Notes: generated from the sequence alone by a model not told the origin. Counted from the stretch's first letter, positions 12,945 to 26,315 are shown. The stretch: DNA of 64,000 nt from Mobula hypostoma (GCF_963921235.1 NC_086108.1:107324001-107388000), one strand, 5' to 3'. Numbers and translations: made by a program.

Positions 12945-13650
12945 CATGACTTGTGGCTGCACACCCTCCATTTTCAGGATATTGCGGACACATCCAGAAA
13001 TATCTCGGACCCTGGTACCTGGGAGGAAAACTACCATCCATGCTTCTTTTTTGCGTCCACAGAATCGCCTATCTGTCTACCTAACTATAGAGTTCCCTAC
13101 TACTGCTTTCATACTCATCAGTTCCCTACCTTTCTGAGCCACAGGGCCAGACTCAGGGCCAGAGGCACAACCACTGTTGCTTCCCTCAGGTAGGTCATCT
13201 CCCCTCCCCCGACAGTACTCAAAATTGAGTACTTTTTGTTGAGGGGATGGACACAGGAGCTCTTCGCTATCTGATGTTCTCCCTTCCCTCTCCAGACTGT
13301 CACTCATTTATCTATCTCCTGTAGTCTTGGGTGACTACATCTCTGTAGCTCCTGCCTATCACTGCTTCGCTTTCCCTAACAAGCCGAAGGTCACTGAGCT
13401 GCAGCTCCAGTTCCCTAACGTGGTCCCTAAGGAGCTGCATCTCAATGCACCTGGTGCAAATGTGGCCTTTGGGGAGGCTGGAAGTCTCCTGGAAATCCCA
13501 CATTTGACACCCAGAACAGAGCACTGGCTCTGTGGACATACCCCCTATTCTCTCAAGAGTTAAATAAGAAATAAGAAATGAAATTACCTTACCTCCGCCC
13601 ATTCTTGCTGAAGCCTGGTTGAGCCAAAGCCTTAGTACTCTGACTCAAGA
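12945..13650 (-). mobile_element. CR1 LINE ORF1 fragment (zinc finger, leucine zipper, SGNH-esterase start)
   Basis: ORF 13312..13602 CSGCQMWD..HICTRCIEMQLLRDHVRELELQLSDLR; ORF 12771..13037 begins MVVFLPGTRVRDIS. Joined to the ORF2 3' end by a large internal deletion. Confidence 0.8.
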
Positions 13651-14236
13651 CTACTCCAATGACTACTCCAACTAGGTGGTACCTCTCTTTATAGAGACTG
13701 AGTTTTTAAAAGCTCTTTCTCGGACCTGCGCAGGAACGTTCTCGTTGCATCTGTGTAGTACTCCAATCAATGACACCCATCAAAAAACTTCCTGCTTCTT
13801 CAAACTCTTTGTGGACCTGCAAAGGAATGTTCCTGTTGTGCAGCACTTCAATCAACTGCTGACTTGCTGACTTTGAAATTCAACTTTTGAGCTTTTACCT
13901 CCAGTCTCACTGATCCCTGGACTTCGACAGGTGGCTCTACTCTCCAGACTACATTGACCTCTAGGTATGACCCCAGAACTTGCCAATAACAGGTTAGACC
14001 TTTATGTCTCGACAGACTCGAACTCTGGAATCTTTGGCCTCCAACTGAAGAGCACCTCGGGCCTCGGCTTCTGGACTTGGATGTACCTCCAGATTTAATG
14101 AAGTTCTGATCAAGGGTCTCAGCCTGAAATGTCGGCCGTTCATTCCCTTCCTTAGATGCTCCCTGACCTGCTGAGGTCCTCCTTTCTTAATGATGTCTTT
14201 CCAACTACAGGATGACCAAGACTGTACCCAATATTG

Positions 14237-14860
14237 ATAGATAGATAGATAGATAGATACTATATTGATCTCAAAGGAAATTGCATTGTCACAGTAGCAT
14301 TACAAATGCACAGATATACAAATATACAAATATTAGAAGAGAAGTAAGAAGGAAGAAAAAAGCAAGTTACCTCAAACAGTCCAACAGGAGGGGTCATCAC
14401 TTCCCCAGCTATAGGTTGACTCATTATAGAAACTAATAACCTCATATAGCCTCTTCAGAGCAGCGCAGTTGTCTTAGTCTATTATTGAAAGTGCTCCTCT
14501 ATTCAGCCAAGGTGGCATGCAGAGGGTGAGAAACGTTGACCAGAAGTGCCAGGATTTTCTGTAGGTTCTTTGTTCGACCACAGCCTCCAGTGTGCCCAGT
14601 TGGACTCCTATAACAAAGCCAGCCTTTCTAATCAGTTTATTGAGCCTTGGTATCACCCGTGTTGATTTCATTGCCCCAGCACACAACCACATAGAAGACT
14701 ATACTGGAGACAACAGACTGGTAGAACATATGAAGGAGAAGTCTGCATACTCCAAAGAACCTCAGTCTCCTCAGAAAGTAGAGACAACTCTGGTCCTTCT
14801 TGTACACAGCCTCTGTGTTGGTGTTCCACACCCCCAGGTACTTGTAGGTCCTCACCATAT
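14237..14860 (-). mobile_element. Rex1/Babar-type LINE fragment with (CTAT)n tail
   Basis: [38 protein letters not shown] (ORF 14637..14882). Confidence 0.85.
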
Positions 14861-15261
14861 CTACCTGTATACAGCCAAACAAAATAACTTTCCTCTAGAC
14901 CATTCTGCACCCACACAACATATATCATACACAGTACGTAAAACAATATATTCCCACAAATAAGTCCCATGAACAAGAATGCTTAATATTTACAATATTA
15001 CTGAAATACTCCTGAAATAGCAAATACATAACAGTAGAGATACATACAATACATTGTGTAAAAGACATTTTGACTGGTTCATGGATAGGAAGGGTTGAGA
15101 GGGATGTGAGACAACCATGGACAAGTAGAATTAGCTCAGATGGAAACCACAGCTGACACGGTTGAGTAGGGTTCTGTGAATTCACTATATGTGGAATGAG
15201 ATGCCAGTGAAAGTGGTGAATGCAGGTTCAATGCAACATTTTACAGAAGTTTGGATAAGTT

Positions 15262-15590
15262 GGGGTGGCAGGATGGAGATGTGTCTCTACAAAAGGAGGT
15301 GTAAGGCTTTCCTTTCCTCCATTAGCCTGCAGATCACCCTTGAGCAAGGCATAGCACCTACCTAGTACCCTTACCCCAATCAACGTCACATGAAACCATG
15401 AGAGCAGGTTGGTGTATGGTCATATGAGCAGCTAGTGCATATCATAAGTCCTGGTTAGGTGACCATTGACGCCCAGCAGACAATCTCTGGAGAGTGTTGA
15501 TAATGGCTGGAGTCACCCATCTTGTAAAGACAGTGCCCAAAAGAAGTCAATGGCAAACCACTTCTGCAGAAAAAATTGCCAATAACAGTC
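15262..15590 (+). mobile_element. RTE-related short repeat (second copy 33598-33842)
   Basis: Two homologous copies; this one ends in CAATGGCAAACCACTTCTG..TTGCCAA, resembling the RTE/Bov-A motif. Confidence 0.55.
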
Positions 15591-16470
15591 AAAGTTCAAA
15601 GTAAGATTTATTATCAGAATATATACATACATGTCACCACATTTAACCTTGAGATTCTTTTTCTGGGAGCAAGAAGAAAATTTATAGAAAAAAATCTATA
15701 GATCAGCAAATCTATAGAACAGTAACTGTGAACAAACTGTGCAAATGCGGATATAAATAAATAGCAATAAATAACAAGCATGAAATAACAAGATAAAAGA
15801 GTCCTTAAATGTGTATAGTTATCTCTTATTGTTCAAGAGCCTGATGGCTGAGGGGTAGTAACTTTGCCTAGTGGTGCAAGTCCTGAGGCGCCTGTACCTT
15901 CTACCTGATGGCAGCAGTGAGAGAAGAGCATGGTCTGGATGGTGAGGATGGGTGCTGCTTTTCGACAGCAATGTTTAATGCAAATGTGCTTTATAGTTGG
16001 GATGCTTTTACTTGTGATGCACTGGGCCTAATCCATTATCTTTTATAGGATTTTCCACTCAAAGGCATTGGTGTTCCCATACCAGGCCATAATGCAGCCA
16101 GTCTGCACACTTTCCACCACACATCTATAGAAGTTTGGCAAGACTTTTGATGACATGCTGAACCTCTGCAGACCCCTAAGGAAGTATCATGCTTTCTTCA
16201 CAATTATATTTATATGATGGGTCCAGGACAGGTCCTCTGAGATAGTGACCCCCCAGGAATTTATAGTTGCCTCTGATCCTCCATTGCTAACTAGCTCATG
16301 GGCCTCTGGTTTTTCTCCCCTGAAGCCTACTATCAGTTCTTTGGTCTCATTTACAGTGAGTGAGAGGTTGTTTTTATTACATCACTCAACCAAATTTTCA
16401 AACTTCCTCCTGTATGCTCAGTCAGCACCACCTTTGACACAGCTCACAACAGAGCTGTCACCAGCCCAGT
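15590..16470 (-). mobile_element. Rex1/Babar-type LINE fragment (degenerate)
   Basis: Reverse strand reads FYRCVVESVQTGCIMAWYGNTNA; TTTGAAC-type tail at 15590-15600. Confidence 0.75.
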
Positions 16471-16790
16471 AGAGACACAAATCGTCAAGCACCAATGTCT
16501 GATGTCAAGATGGAAGAAAAACAAGAAGAGGAAGAAACCGAGCCAGAAACTGTGGAACTAAAACAAGCAATTAAACAAGAGGTTTAAAGCGAGTGGAGCA
16601 GGGTGTTTAGTAAACATAATTATAAGACCATAAGATCTAGGAGGAGAAGTAGGCTATTTGGCCCATTGAGTCTGCTCCACCATTCAATCACAGGCTGATC
16701 CAATTCTTCCAGTCATCCCCACTCCCCTGCCTTCTCCGCATACCCTTTGATGCCCTGGCTAATCAAGAACCTATCTATCTCTGCTTTAAA

Positions 16791-17689
16791 GGGTCGGGAG
16801 TCTCTTCCTCAATCAACGGCGAGTTAATGAAAGGCAGCATATACCACAGAACCCAATGAAGAAGCGTACAGTGGTAACTACCTCTATCTTCGCTGTCAAT
16901 TCTTCCCCTTTTTCCTATAGTTTCTCCCCAGCTTGTCTCACAGGGACACTGGACATTCCCGTCACCGGGAACAGGTGCGCCGGGACATCCTCCTCGAGGT
17001 CTTCCGGAGCGTCCACCAAGAGGGAAATTTGGGGGTCCTCATCACTCTTGTTACGTTCCCGGCTGAACCACCAGTAGCTTTGACTGTGTGAACCTCACAG
17101 TCCCTCGTTTAAATTCGGTATCGGGCTCAATGCAGTCACGTACTTCCTCAAAAGCAGCTCAAAACACCGGGTGCATGGACAATGTCCCCAGAAAGGTCTC
17201 CCCAGCTTTCTCCTTGCGGGACCCCATAAGCTTTCTCAGAAATGATAGAACTCTGTCTTTGAAGTCTCTGCCCCCAGCTACAGGAAACTCAACTTTTGAC
17301 TCAGCCCGCTCGGCTACCTTCTCCTCCTCCCTGACATTATGGACAGGCCATGGCCCCACCTCACCTGGGGCACCGATAGACGCTGGCAGTCCCATCATCA
17401 TTATGTCAGCGCTGGTCTGAACTAAGACAAGGTCTGAGTCCGCCATTTTATCATAACTCTGCGCTACAATTTCAACTTTGCCAATAGCTTTAACCGTACT
17501 CAAAGATCGAATTAACAATTTATCCGGGGTACAAACATCCACCCCACTCAGCACGCACACATTAGTTACCAGTAATCCCTCAGAGGTGCACCACCGCTCC
17601 ACCGTAGCAGCATCCATACCAGCACAGACTTAAACACACAGCCCACTGGTTCAATGCTCAGGACAATCATGCAGCATCCCACAGAATCA
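16791..17689 (-). mobile_element. Gypsy internal region: PNMA-like gag N-terminus, internally deleted
   Basis: ORF 17159..17617 MDAATVERWC..CVLSGV..LIRSLSTVKAIGKVEI..LVLVQT..LPASIGAPGEVGPWPV resembles the paraneoplastic-Ma N-terminal domain; starts just downstream of LTR and PBS. Confidence 0.8.
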
Positions 17690-17707
17690 ATCCTGGATGA
17701 GCTCCCA
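17690..17707 (-). other. Primer binding site, tRNA-Pro type
   Basis: Minus strand TGGGAGCTCATCCAGGAT versus canonical TGGGGGCTCGTCCGGGAT (three G>A changes), 4 nt from the LTR end. Confidence 0.85.
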
Positions 17708-17711
17708 CAAT

Positions 17712-18256
17712 TGTAACCCTCAGGCTCAGCCAGCACATGTTTGTCTCGGGGAAAACAACTCCTGGCCCCGCCAAACTGAGAAACCTCACTTGTGTGGATG
17801 CTGCTTGATGTGTTGCCTGGTTATAAACCCACACCACGAAATATTAAACAGTACATCAGAGGGTTAGTAAAGAATATAAAGAGTAAAAGGGCCCATTTTA
17901 AGGAAAATGTCTATTGCGCATCGTTGGAGCTCACTGATACAGCTATTCATCAACCATCGGCCTCCTCCAAGCATTGCCTGCCCTCAGATCCTTGCTCCTC
18001 AGTCCATTCTGTCTGGTGGTCTTCTGATTCTCTCTATTCGCTTCCTCTCTCTCCATCACTCCCCAACGAAAGACCGCAAATCTCTCTTCCAGACTCACAA
18101 GAAAGAACAACATTTCTCCCATTGGATGACAAACATTCCAAAGCCTCGTTATCTCTAGTCATAACCCAAAAATAGAGAAACCATTACATTAGCAGTGAAA
18201 CATTACATAGAAGCCATTACATTAGCCTTAGCAGTGAAACATTACAATGTGTTACA
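17712..18256 (-). mobile_element. 5' LTR of PNMA-gag Gypsy element
   Basis: TGTAAC...GTTACA inverted termini adjacent to the PBS; short internal repeats of TGTAATGTTTCACTGCTAA. Confidence 0.85.
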
Positions 18257-19010
18257 ACAGTATATCCTTTCTAAAATTAGGAGCCCAAAACTGCACACAA
18301 TACTCCAAGTGTGGTCTCATGAGTGACTTATAGAGCCGTAACATCACATCCCTGCTCTTATATTCTATACCTCTAGAAATGAATGCCAACATTGCATTCA
18401 CCTTCTTCACCACCAACTCAACCTGGAGGTTAACCTTTAGGGTATCCTGCACAAGGAATCTCAAGTCCCTTTGCATCTCTGCATTTTGAATTCTCTCCCC
18501 ATCCAAATAATAGTCTGCCCATTTATTTCTTCCACCAATGTGCATGACCATACACTTTCCAGCACTATATTTCATTTGTCACTTCTTTGCCCATTCCCCT
18601 AAACTATCTAAGTATCTCTGCAGGCTCTCTGTTTCCTCAACACTACCCGCTCCTCCATCTATCTTAGCCACAAATCCATTATTTCCAAAGTCCAAATCAT
18701 TGACATACATCGTAAAATGCAGCAGTCCCAACACCGACCCGTGTGGAATTCCACTGGTAACCAGCAGCCAGCCAGAATAGGATCTCTTTATTTCCACTCT
18801 CTGTTTTCTGCCGATCAGCCGATGCTCCACCCATGCTAGTAACTTCCCTGTAATTCCACGGGCTCTTATCTTGCTAAGCAGCCTCATGTGCGGCACCTTG
18901 TCAAAGGCCTTCTGAAAATCCAAGTACACCCCATCTATCGCATCTCCTTTGTCTACCCTGATTGTAATTTTCTCAAAAAATTGCAGTATGTTGGTCAGGC
19001 AGGATTTTCC
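18257..19010 (-). mobile_element. CR1 LINE reverse transcriptase fragment
   Basis: YLDFQKAFDKVPH..RKQRV..TSGIPHGSVLGLLHFTMYVNDLD (18579..18929) and SRGIEYKSRDVMLRLYKSLMRPHLEYCVQFW (18252..18575). Confidence 0.92.
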
Positions 19011-19949
19011 AGGATATCTGCAGTGCTCCCGTGCTGTTGGAGTTTGTGGAGGAGATGTTTTTCAAATCCGAATTGACATGGGTTTACAAGAGAGGAAATC
19101 CAGGATTCAATTGCAGAAGGGGATATAGAGACCCAAATCTTGGAGTTTACTGATCGGCTTTGAGGGGATGATGGTATTAAATGCTGAGCTGTAATCGACG
19201 TATGCATCTTTTCTGTCCAGATGTTCCAGAGTTGTGTGAAGAGCCAATGAGATAGCATCACTGTGGATGTAAGTGTCAATCATGGTCATGGAAAGACTAT
19301 GATCATAAGACATGGTGCATAACAGTGCAGTAGTTCAATAAGTACATGGATTGGAGGGATATGGACTACGTGAGACTCAATGGTAATTGACAGAATATCA
19401 GTTTAGCAAGGATGAGACGAGCCGAAAGGCTTGTTTGTGTGCTGTAGTGCTCTAATACTCTATGTAATACAGATTGGAATTAAAGAAGAGACAGACATTT
19501 GGCAAAAATCATTCACACCCTCATTACAGTGATGGTATCTCATCCAAAGTCATAGACCTTGCCAGCACAGCTTGCCCCCATTGTGGCACTGGCCTAGATG
19601 CTAATTCTCACTCCACTCTGATGGGATTTAAACACACAAACATCAGAGTCAGAAACAGGACTGGTGCCCAAACAGCCACAGAGTCAGCAGACTACATAAA
19701 TACTGGGAAGGAACCTTGGCTGATCTCCAGTGTAGTCCAACTGTAACGATGTCCTACAACTCCAGGCTGAGCTAACTCACCGCAGATCCGAAAATGAGCC
19801 AGGTCCCTCCATGCCTCATGTGATCCAATTACAAGCTGACATTTAGCAGGTTATGTTCAATTCAACATGATGATAGGTTTTGATAGATTAAATAAGGAGA
19901 ATGTATTTTTACTGACAGTGGGTTGGTAACCAGAGAACACAATAATATA

Positions 19950-20416
19950 CACTGAGTGGTCACTTTATTAGGTACCCACTCATTAATGCAAATATCTAAT
20001 CAGCCAATCATATGGCAGCAACTCGATGCATAAAAGCATGCAGACATGGTCAAGAGGTTCAGTTGTTGTTCAGACCAAACATGTGAATGGGGAAGACTGT
20101 GGAATGACTGTCGGTGCCAGATGGGGAGATTTGAATATCCCAAAACTGCTGAACTCCTGGGATTTTCATGCATAATCATCTCCAGAATTTACAGAGAATG
20201 GTGAAGAAAACAAGAAACCATCCAGTGAGTAGCAGTTCTGTGGGTGGAAATTCCCTGTGAATGAGAGAGGTCAGAGGAGAATGACTAGACTGGCTCAAGC
20301 TGACAGGAACTCAAATAGCCATGCGTCAAAACAGTGTAAAAAAGCATCTCTGAACGCACAACATGTTGAACCTTGACGTGGATGGGCAACAGCACTAATA
20401 AAGTGGTCACTGAGTG
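19950..20416 (+). mobile_element. Tc1/mariner non-autonomous element with both TIRs and TA duplication
   Basis: TA|CACTGAGTGGTCACTTTATTAG ... CTAATAAAGTGGTCACTGAGTG|TA; interior homologous to 10541-11075. Confidence 0.9.
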
Positions 20417-20454
20417 TAATTGTCATAGATCCAAGGAAAGAAATGAGGAGACAC

Positions 20455-22300
20455 AAGAGCATAAGAACTGGGAGCAGGAGCTGGCCATTGGGCCCATCGA
20501 GTCTGCTCCACCATTCAATAAGATCATGGATAATCTGGTTGAGGACTCAGCTCCATAGACCTGCATTTTCTCCATAATCCTTAATTTTCCTACTCTGCAA
20601 AAATCTTTCTTATTGTGTCTTAAATCTATTTAATGAAGTAAGCTCAACTGTTTACCTGGGCAGAGAATTCCATTGATTCATCCCTCTGGGAAAACCACTT
20701 CCTCTTCATTTCCATCACAAATCTACTTCCTTAAATTTTGAGGCTATGTCCTCTAGTTCTCATTTTGCCTACCAGCGGAAGTAATTTTCCAAGACATTAA
20801 GACCATGAGACATAGGAGCAGAATTAGTCCATTCAGCCCATCGAGTCTGCTCCATCATTTGATCATGATTAATTTATTTTCCCTCTCAACACCTGTCTCC
20901 TGCCTTTTCCCCATAATCATTTGCACCCTTACTAATCAAGAACTTATCAACCTCTGCTTTAAATATACCTAAAGTATTGGCCTCCACAGCCATAAGTGGA
21001 AATTAATTCCACAGACAGACCAACCCCTGGCTAAAGAATTCCTCTTCAGCTCCGTTCTAAAGGGTCGTCCTTCAACTCTGGTACTAGGCTCCGTCAGAAT
21101 AATGGAGCATCTTCTCCTTTATATATTGCAAGACTTTATCTAAGTCTTGCAATATATTTCCAGAAGAAGGGTCTTGACCTGAAACTGTTTGATCTTTTCC
21201 ATAGATGCTGCCTGACCTGCTGAGTTCCTCCAGCAATTTGCGGATGTTACTTTGGATTTCCAGCATCTGCAAACTTTCTCGTGTTTGCCTTTCAATATTT
21301 GATAGGCTTCAATGAAGTCCATCTCTTTTTTCTAAAATCCAGTGAGTACAGGCCCAGACTCATTAAAAACACTCCTCATATATTAACCCCTTCATTCCTG
21401 GAGCCATTCTTGTGAACCTCCTCTGGATCATCTCCAATGTCAGTATATCAGTTAAGGGGTCCAAAATTGCTCACTATACTCCAAATGTGGTCTGACCAGT
21501 GCCTCATAAATCCTTAGCATTACATCCTTGTTTTTATATTCTAGTCCTCTTGAAAGGAATGCTAACATTGCAATTGCTTTCCTAACTACAAGCTCATCCT
21601 GCAAATTAACCATTAGGGAATCTTGCACCAGGAGTTGGGTATATTTAAAGCCGAGGTTGATGGTTTTTTGGTTAGTCAGGGCATCAAAGAGAAGGCAAGA
21701 GAAGGAAGAAGAATGGGGTTGAGAGACATAATAAATCAGTCTTAATGGAATGGTGGAGCAGACTCAATGGGCCAAATGACCTAATTCGGCTCCTGTGTCT
21801 TATCATACTGCACCTTCCAAATTACTTCCAGAAACTCTAGCCATTGCTGCTTTGTCGTCATCCCTGTTAATGTACCCTTTCACTCAATTTCCAATGAAAT
21901 TTAGCCAGCTCCTCTCTCATACCTCTCTAGTTACCTTTACTCCACTCTAATATGGATACATTTAATTTTGGCTTCTCCCTCTCAAACTACAAGTTGAGTT
22001 CTACCATATGATGATCACTGCTTCTTAAGGATTCCTTTATCATAAATACCCGATCAAATCCGGTTCACTACAGAACACCCAGTCCAGAATTGCTTTTTCC
22101 CTAATGGGCTCAACCACCAGCTGCTCTCAAAAGCCATCTCATAGATATTCTATAATTTCCTTCTCTTGGGATCCAGCACCAACATGATGTTCCCAATCTA
22201 CCTGCATATTGAAATTGCCAATGACTATCGTAGCATTGCCCTTTTTTAATCTCCCATTGTAATTTGTAGCCCACATCCTGGCTACTGTTTGGAGGCTGTT
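20455..22300 (-). mobile_element. Cluster of CR1 fragments (two 3' ends, an inverted 3' piece at 21630-21805, endonuclease-region piece 21840-22300)
   Basis: Repeated CATAGGAGCAGAATTAG..CCCATCGAGTCTGCTCC 3' ends; 21900-22220 is the reverse-complement homolog of 52905-53210. Confidence 0.75.
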
Positions 22301-22316
22301 TGAGAAGTTTGAGAAG

Positions 22317-22922
22317 TCAATGGGAATGGGACATGGAATTAAAATGTGTGGCCATTCCCATTCTGATATGTCTATCCATGGCCTCCTCTACTGTAAAGAT
22401 GAAGCCACACTCAGATTGGAGGAACAACACCTTATATTCCATCTGGGTAGCCTCCAACCTGATGGCATGAGCATTGACTTCTCTAACTTCTGCTAATGCC
22501 CCATCTCCCCCTCGTACCCCATCCATTATTTATTTATATACACACATTCTTTTCTCTCTCTCCTTTTTCTCCCTCTGTCCCCCTCACTATACCCCTTGCC
22601 CATCCTCTGGGCTTCCCTCCCGCCCTTTTCTTTCTCCCTAGGCCTCCTGTCTCATGATCCTCTCATATCCCTTTTGCCAATCAACTGTCCAGCTCTTGGC
22701 TCCATCCCTCCCCCTCCTGTCTTTTCCTATCATTTCAGATCTCCCCCTCCCCATCCCACTTTCAAATCTCTTACTAGCTCTTCCTTCAGTTAGTCCTGAC
22801 GAAGGGTCTTGGCCTGAAACGTCGACTGTACCTCTTCCTAGAGATGCTGCCTGGCCTGCTGCGTTCACCAGCAACTTTTATGTGTGTTGCTTGAAATTCC
22901 AGCATCTGCAGATTTCCTCGTA
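22317..22922 (+). mobile_element. Young Penelope-like 3' fragment with short inverted 5' piece
   Basis: GIY-YIG C-terminus (RLEEQHLIFHLGSLQPDGM) followed by terminal repeat; highly similar to 42727-43085 and 51760-52350. Confidence 0.88.
22792..22827 (+). ncRNA. Minimal type-I hammerhead ribozyme motif (PLE-associated)
   Basis: AGTC-CTGACGA-A-GGGTCTTGGCCT-GAAAC-GTC-GACT: cores intact, helix I AGTC/GACT, helix II closed by G.U. Confidence 0.75.
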
Positions 22923-22924
22923 TA

Positions 22925-23470
22925 GATGAGGGCATTCTGACAGTCTGCATCATTGTCTGCTATGGGAAGGTCTACTACACAGGACCAAAAGAAACTGGAG
23001 AAGGTTGCAAATTTAGTCAGCTCCATCTTGGGTACTAGCTTACAAAGTACCCAGGACATCTTCAAGGACTGGTGTCTCAGAAAGGCAGCGTCCATTATTA
23101 AGGTCCTCCAGTACCCAGCGCATGCCCTTTTCTCACTGTTACCATGAGGTAGGAGGTACAGAAGCCAGAAGGCACACACTCAGTGATTCAGGAACAGCTT
23201 CTTCCCCTCTGCCATCTGATTCCTAAATGGACATTGAACCCTTGGACACTATCTCACTTTTTTTTAATGAATAGTATTTCTGTTTTTGCACCATTTTTAA
23301 TCTATTTAATATACGTATACAGTACTGTATAAAGTATACTGAATTAAGATTTACGTATTTATTATTATTATTTTATTTTTTTCTTCTATGTTATGTATTG
23401 CTTTGAACTGGTGCTGCTAAGTTAACAAATTTCACACCACGTACCAGTGATAATGAACCCGATTCTGATA
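22925..23470 (+). mobile_element. Rex1/Babar-type LINE 3' fragment
   Basis: QDQKKLEKVANLVSSILGTSL..CLRKAASIIK..HALFSLLP; homologous to 60800-61350. Confidence 0.8.
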
Positions 23471-23959
23471 TCTCATGAAGTTTGTTTTTTTTTGCAGCAG
23501 CAATACAATCTCATACATAATCATAACAACTATACATTAGAATAAGAAATAAATATAGAAAAATTCAATTAATAAACAGTGCAGAAAGAAATAAAAAGAA
23601 AACCGTGAGGTAGTGTTCATGGGTTTATTGTGCATTTAGAAATCTGATGGCAGAAGGGAAGGTTCATCTGCTGGTTAATAGTCGAAAATGAATACGTACT
23701 GTAAATTCAGTAAGAATTTCAAAAGAGAATTCATTGAATACTTACGAGACTCGGAGGGCACAGCAGTGCAAATACTGGAGATACTGCTTCCAGTCCTGGC
23801 ACCGGCACTCTCTGTGTGGAATTTGCACATTTTCTCTGTGAACACATGCGTTTCCTCTGGGTACTCTGGATTCCTCGCACCTTTCAAAGATAAAGTCACA
23901 CAGTGATACCACATCAAAACAGGCCTTTTGGACCAACTCATCCATGCAATCAGTTCAAA

Positions 23960-24620
23960 TTCCAAATTTCCAAGTAAATTTATTATCAAAGGACATATAT
24001 GTCAACATATACAACCCTGGTAGTCATTTTTTGCAGGCATAACAACTCCATAACAGAATAATAACTATTATATAATCAGTGATGTACCGCACCAACTTGA
24101 GCATTCAACCAGTCTGCTAAAACAACAAGCTGTGCAAATGCAAAAAAAAGAAAGAATAATAAACAAATAAGCAATAAATATTGAGAACATGGGATGAAGA
24201 GTCCTTGAAAGTGAATTCATAGGTTCTGAAAACATTTCACTGATGGGTCAATTGAAGTTGAGTGAAGTTATCCCTTCTGGTTCAAGAGTCAGATGGTTGA
24301 GGGGTAATAACCGTTCCTGAACCTGGTGGTGTGAGCCCTGAGGCTCCTGTACCTCCTTGCTGATGGCAACAGTGAGAAGAGAGCATGATCTGGGTGGTGG
24401 GGGTTCCTGATGATGCTGCTTTCCTGTGACAACAGTCCATGTGGATGCGCTCAATGGTGGGGATTTATTTATCCATGATGGACTGGGTTGTATCGACTAC
24501 TTTTTGTAGGATTTTCTGTTCAAGGGCATTGGTGTTTCCACACCAGGCTGCGATGCCCGGTATGGAAACTCTCCACTACACATCTATAGAAGTTTGTCAA
24601 AGTTTTAGATGACATCCTTG
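23960..24620 (-). mobile_element. Rex1/Babar-type LINE 3' fragment (degenerate)
   Basis: Reverse strand FDKLL.MCSG/ HALFSLLPS-like blocks; homologous to 15590-16470. Confidence 0.65.
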
Positions 24621-26224
24621 GAAGTGACTTCAGCTCAGTAGGAATAGTTTAGTGATGGGGTGAGTGAAGTTGAGTGAATCACCTCTGGTTCAAGAGCCTG
24701 AAGTCTAAGGGGTAATAACTATTCCTGAACCTGCTGGTGTGGGACCTGAGACTCCTGTACCTCTTTCCAGATGGCAGCAGTGAGAGGAGACTGTGGCCTC
24801 GATACTGCCCAGCGAGTCAGTCCCATCCTTGTACAGTACTATCCAATCCACGTATCAATACAGAATGATATAACCCCGTCTCTCCGTCTCACCCCCACCC
24901 CCCAATCATTATTTCTGGCAGCTCGGTGGAAGCATATGGCAGAATTAAATCTTGACAGCATGGATACAAAGTAACAGGTAGCATCTGTGGAAGAACAAGT
25001 AGACTCAATGAATCTTCATCAGAATACTTGGTGATATTATTATTCAAATTAGACTCTCCACTGTTCAGCTCAGATGGCAGGGAGGGTGTTTGATACCTCT
25101 GGGCCCGTACTCACTGGAGTTTAGAAGAATGGGAGGTATCTCATGGAAACCTATCAAATATGAAAGACCGAGATAGAGTGAACACGAAGAGGATGGTTCC
25201 AATAGTGGGAGAGCCTGTGACTGAGCTGGTTTCAAATAGTTGCATTGCTGGGCAGCGTGGCTCTCTAGACCAGAAGGGACTGGTCCCCGCTGTATCTTTT
25301 AAAAACAATAAGACATAAAAATTTTGCACTGGGATCCTCCCCAGCAGTCTGCAGTGGAACTACTTTAGTAGTTATCAAAATAGTTTAAAACCCCCACTTC
25401 CCAGAATTCTCTGAGGTTACAGAAATAAAGTTAAACAATTAAAATGCAAGCTGAGTGAGGAGTTCAAAGGGAATGTTTTATGAACACCATTTACATAAAG
25501 AGAGAAGAGCCAACGATACATTCTGATTCTTTTGATGAATATTACTTGACTATATAATTAGCAATTTTTTCAGAGTTTTATTTTGTTTGAAGTTCATCAA
25601 CTGAATGTTTAATCTTTTCCTTCTGTTGCAGTGATAGACCAGTTTGATATCATGGTTACATGTACAGATGGTTATGGAAATCCTCTGCTTTATGACATTA
25701 AACATTAAGCTGGCTATTTGTGAGAGAGAAAACGTCCAGGAACATTCCAGAGATTACACATGACTGTGCTTTACAGCAGGAGGGAGGTAGAGGGGGACCT
25801 ATGTTCATAAAACAATGCACCATAATTCTTGGAAAAGTGCCAAACAAGCAGCAAGTCACAGTTTCCCATAAAAAACACTCGTCTTTCTTCAAGGAATTAA
25901 AGCAACCATTCTGTGCACAAACAGATCCCAACTTGAGTTGCTGGAGGGCATTGAATAACGGTAGCGCAGCAGTTAGTGTGACGATACTGCAGCTCAGGAC
26001 GTTAGGGGTTCAAATGCAGCTGGCACTGTCTATAAGGAGTTTGTACGTTCTTCCCGTGAATGCACGCGTTTATTCCAGGCAATCCGATTGCCCTCCGCAC
26101 ACTAAGGACATACCAGTTTCTAGGTTAATTGGTCAATGTAAATTGTCCTGCGACTAGGATGGGGTTATAGCTGGACAGTATGTCTCATTGGGCTGGAAGA
26201 GCCAGTTTCACACCGTAACCCTAA

Positions 26225-26315
26225 CTAAATAGATAGATAGATAGATAGATAGATAAATGCATAAATAGATAGATAGATAGATAGGTAGATAAATGCATAA
26301 ATAGATAGATAGGTA
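26225..26315. repeat. (GATA)n microsatellite
   Basis: Directly visible. Confidence 0.95.
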
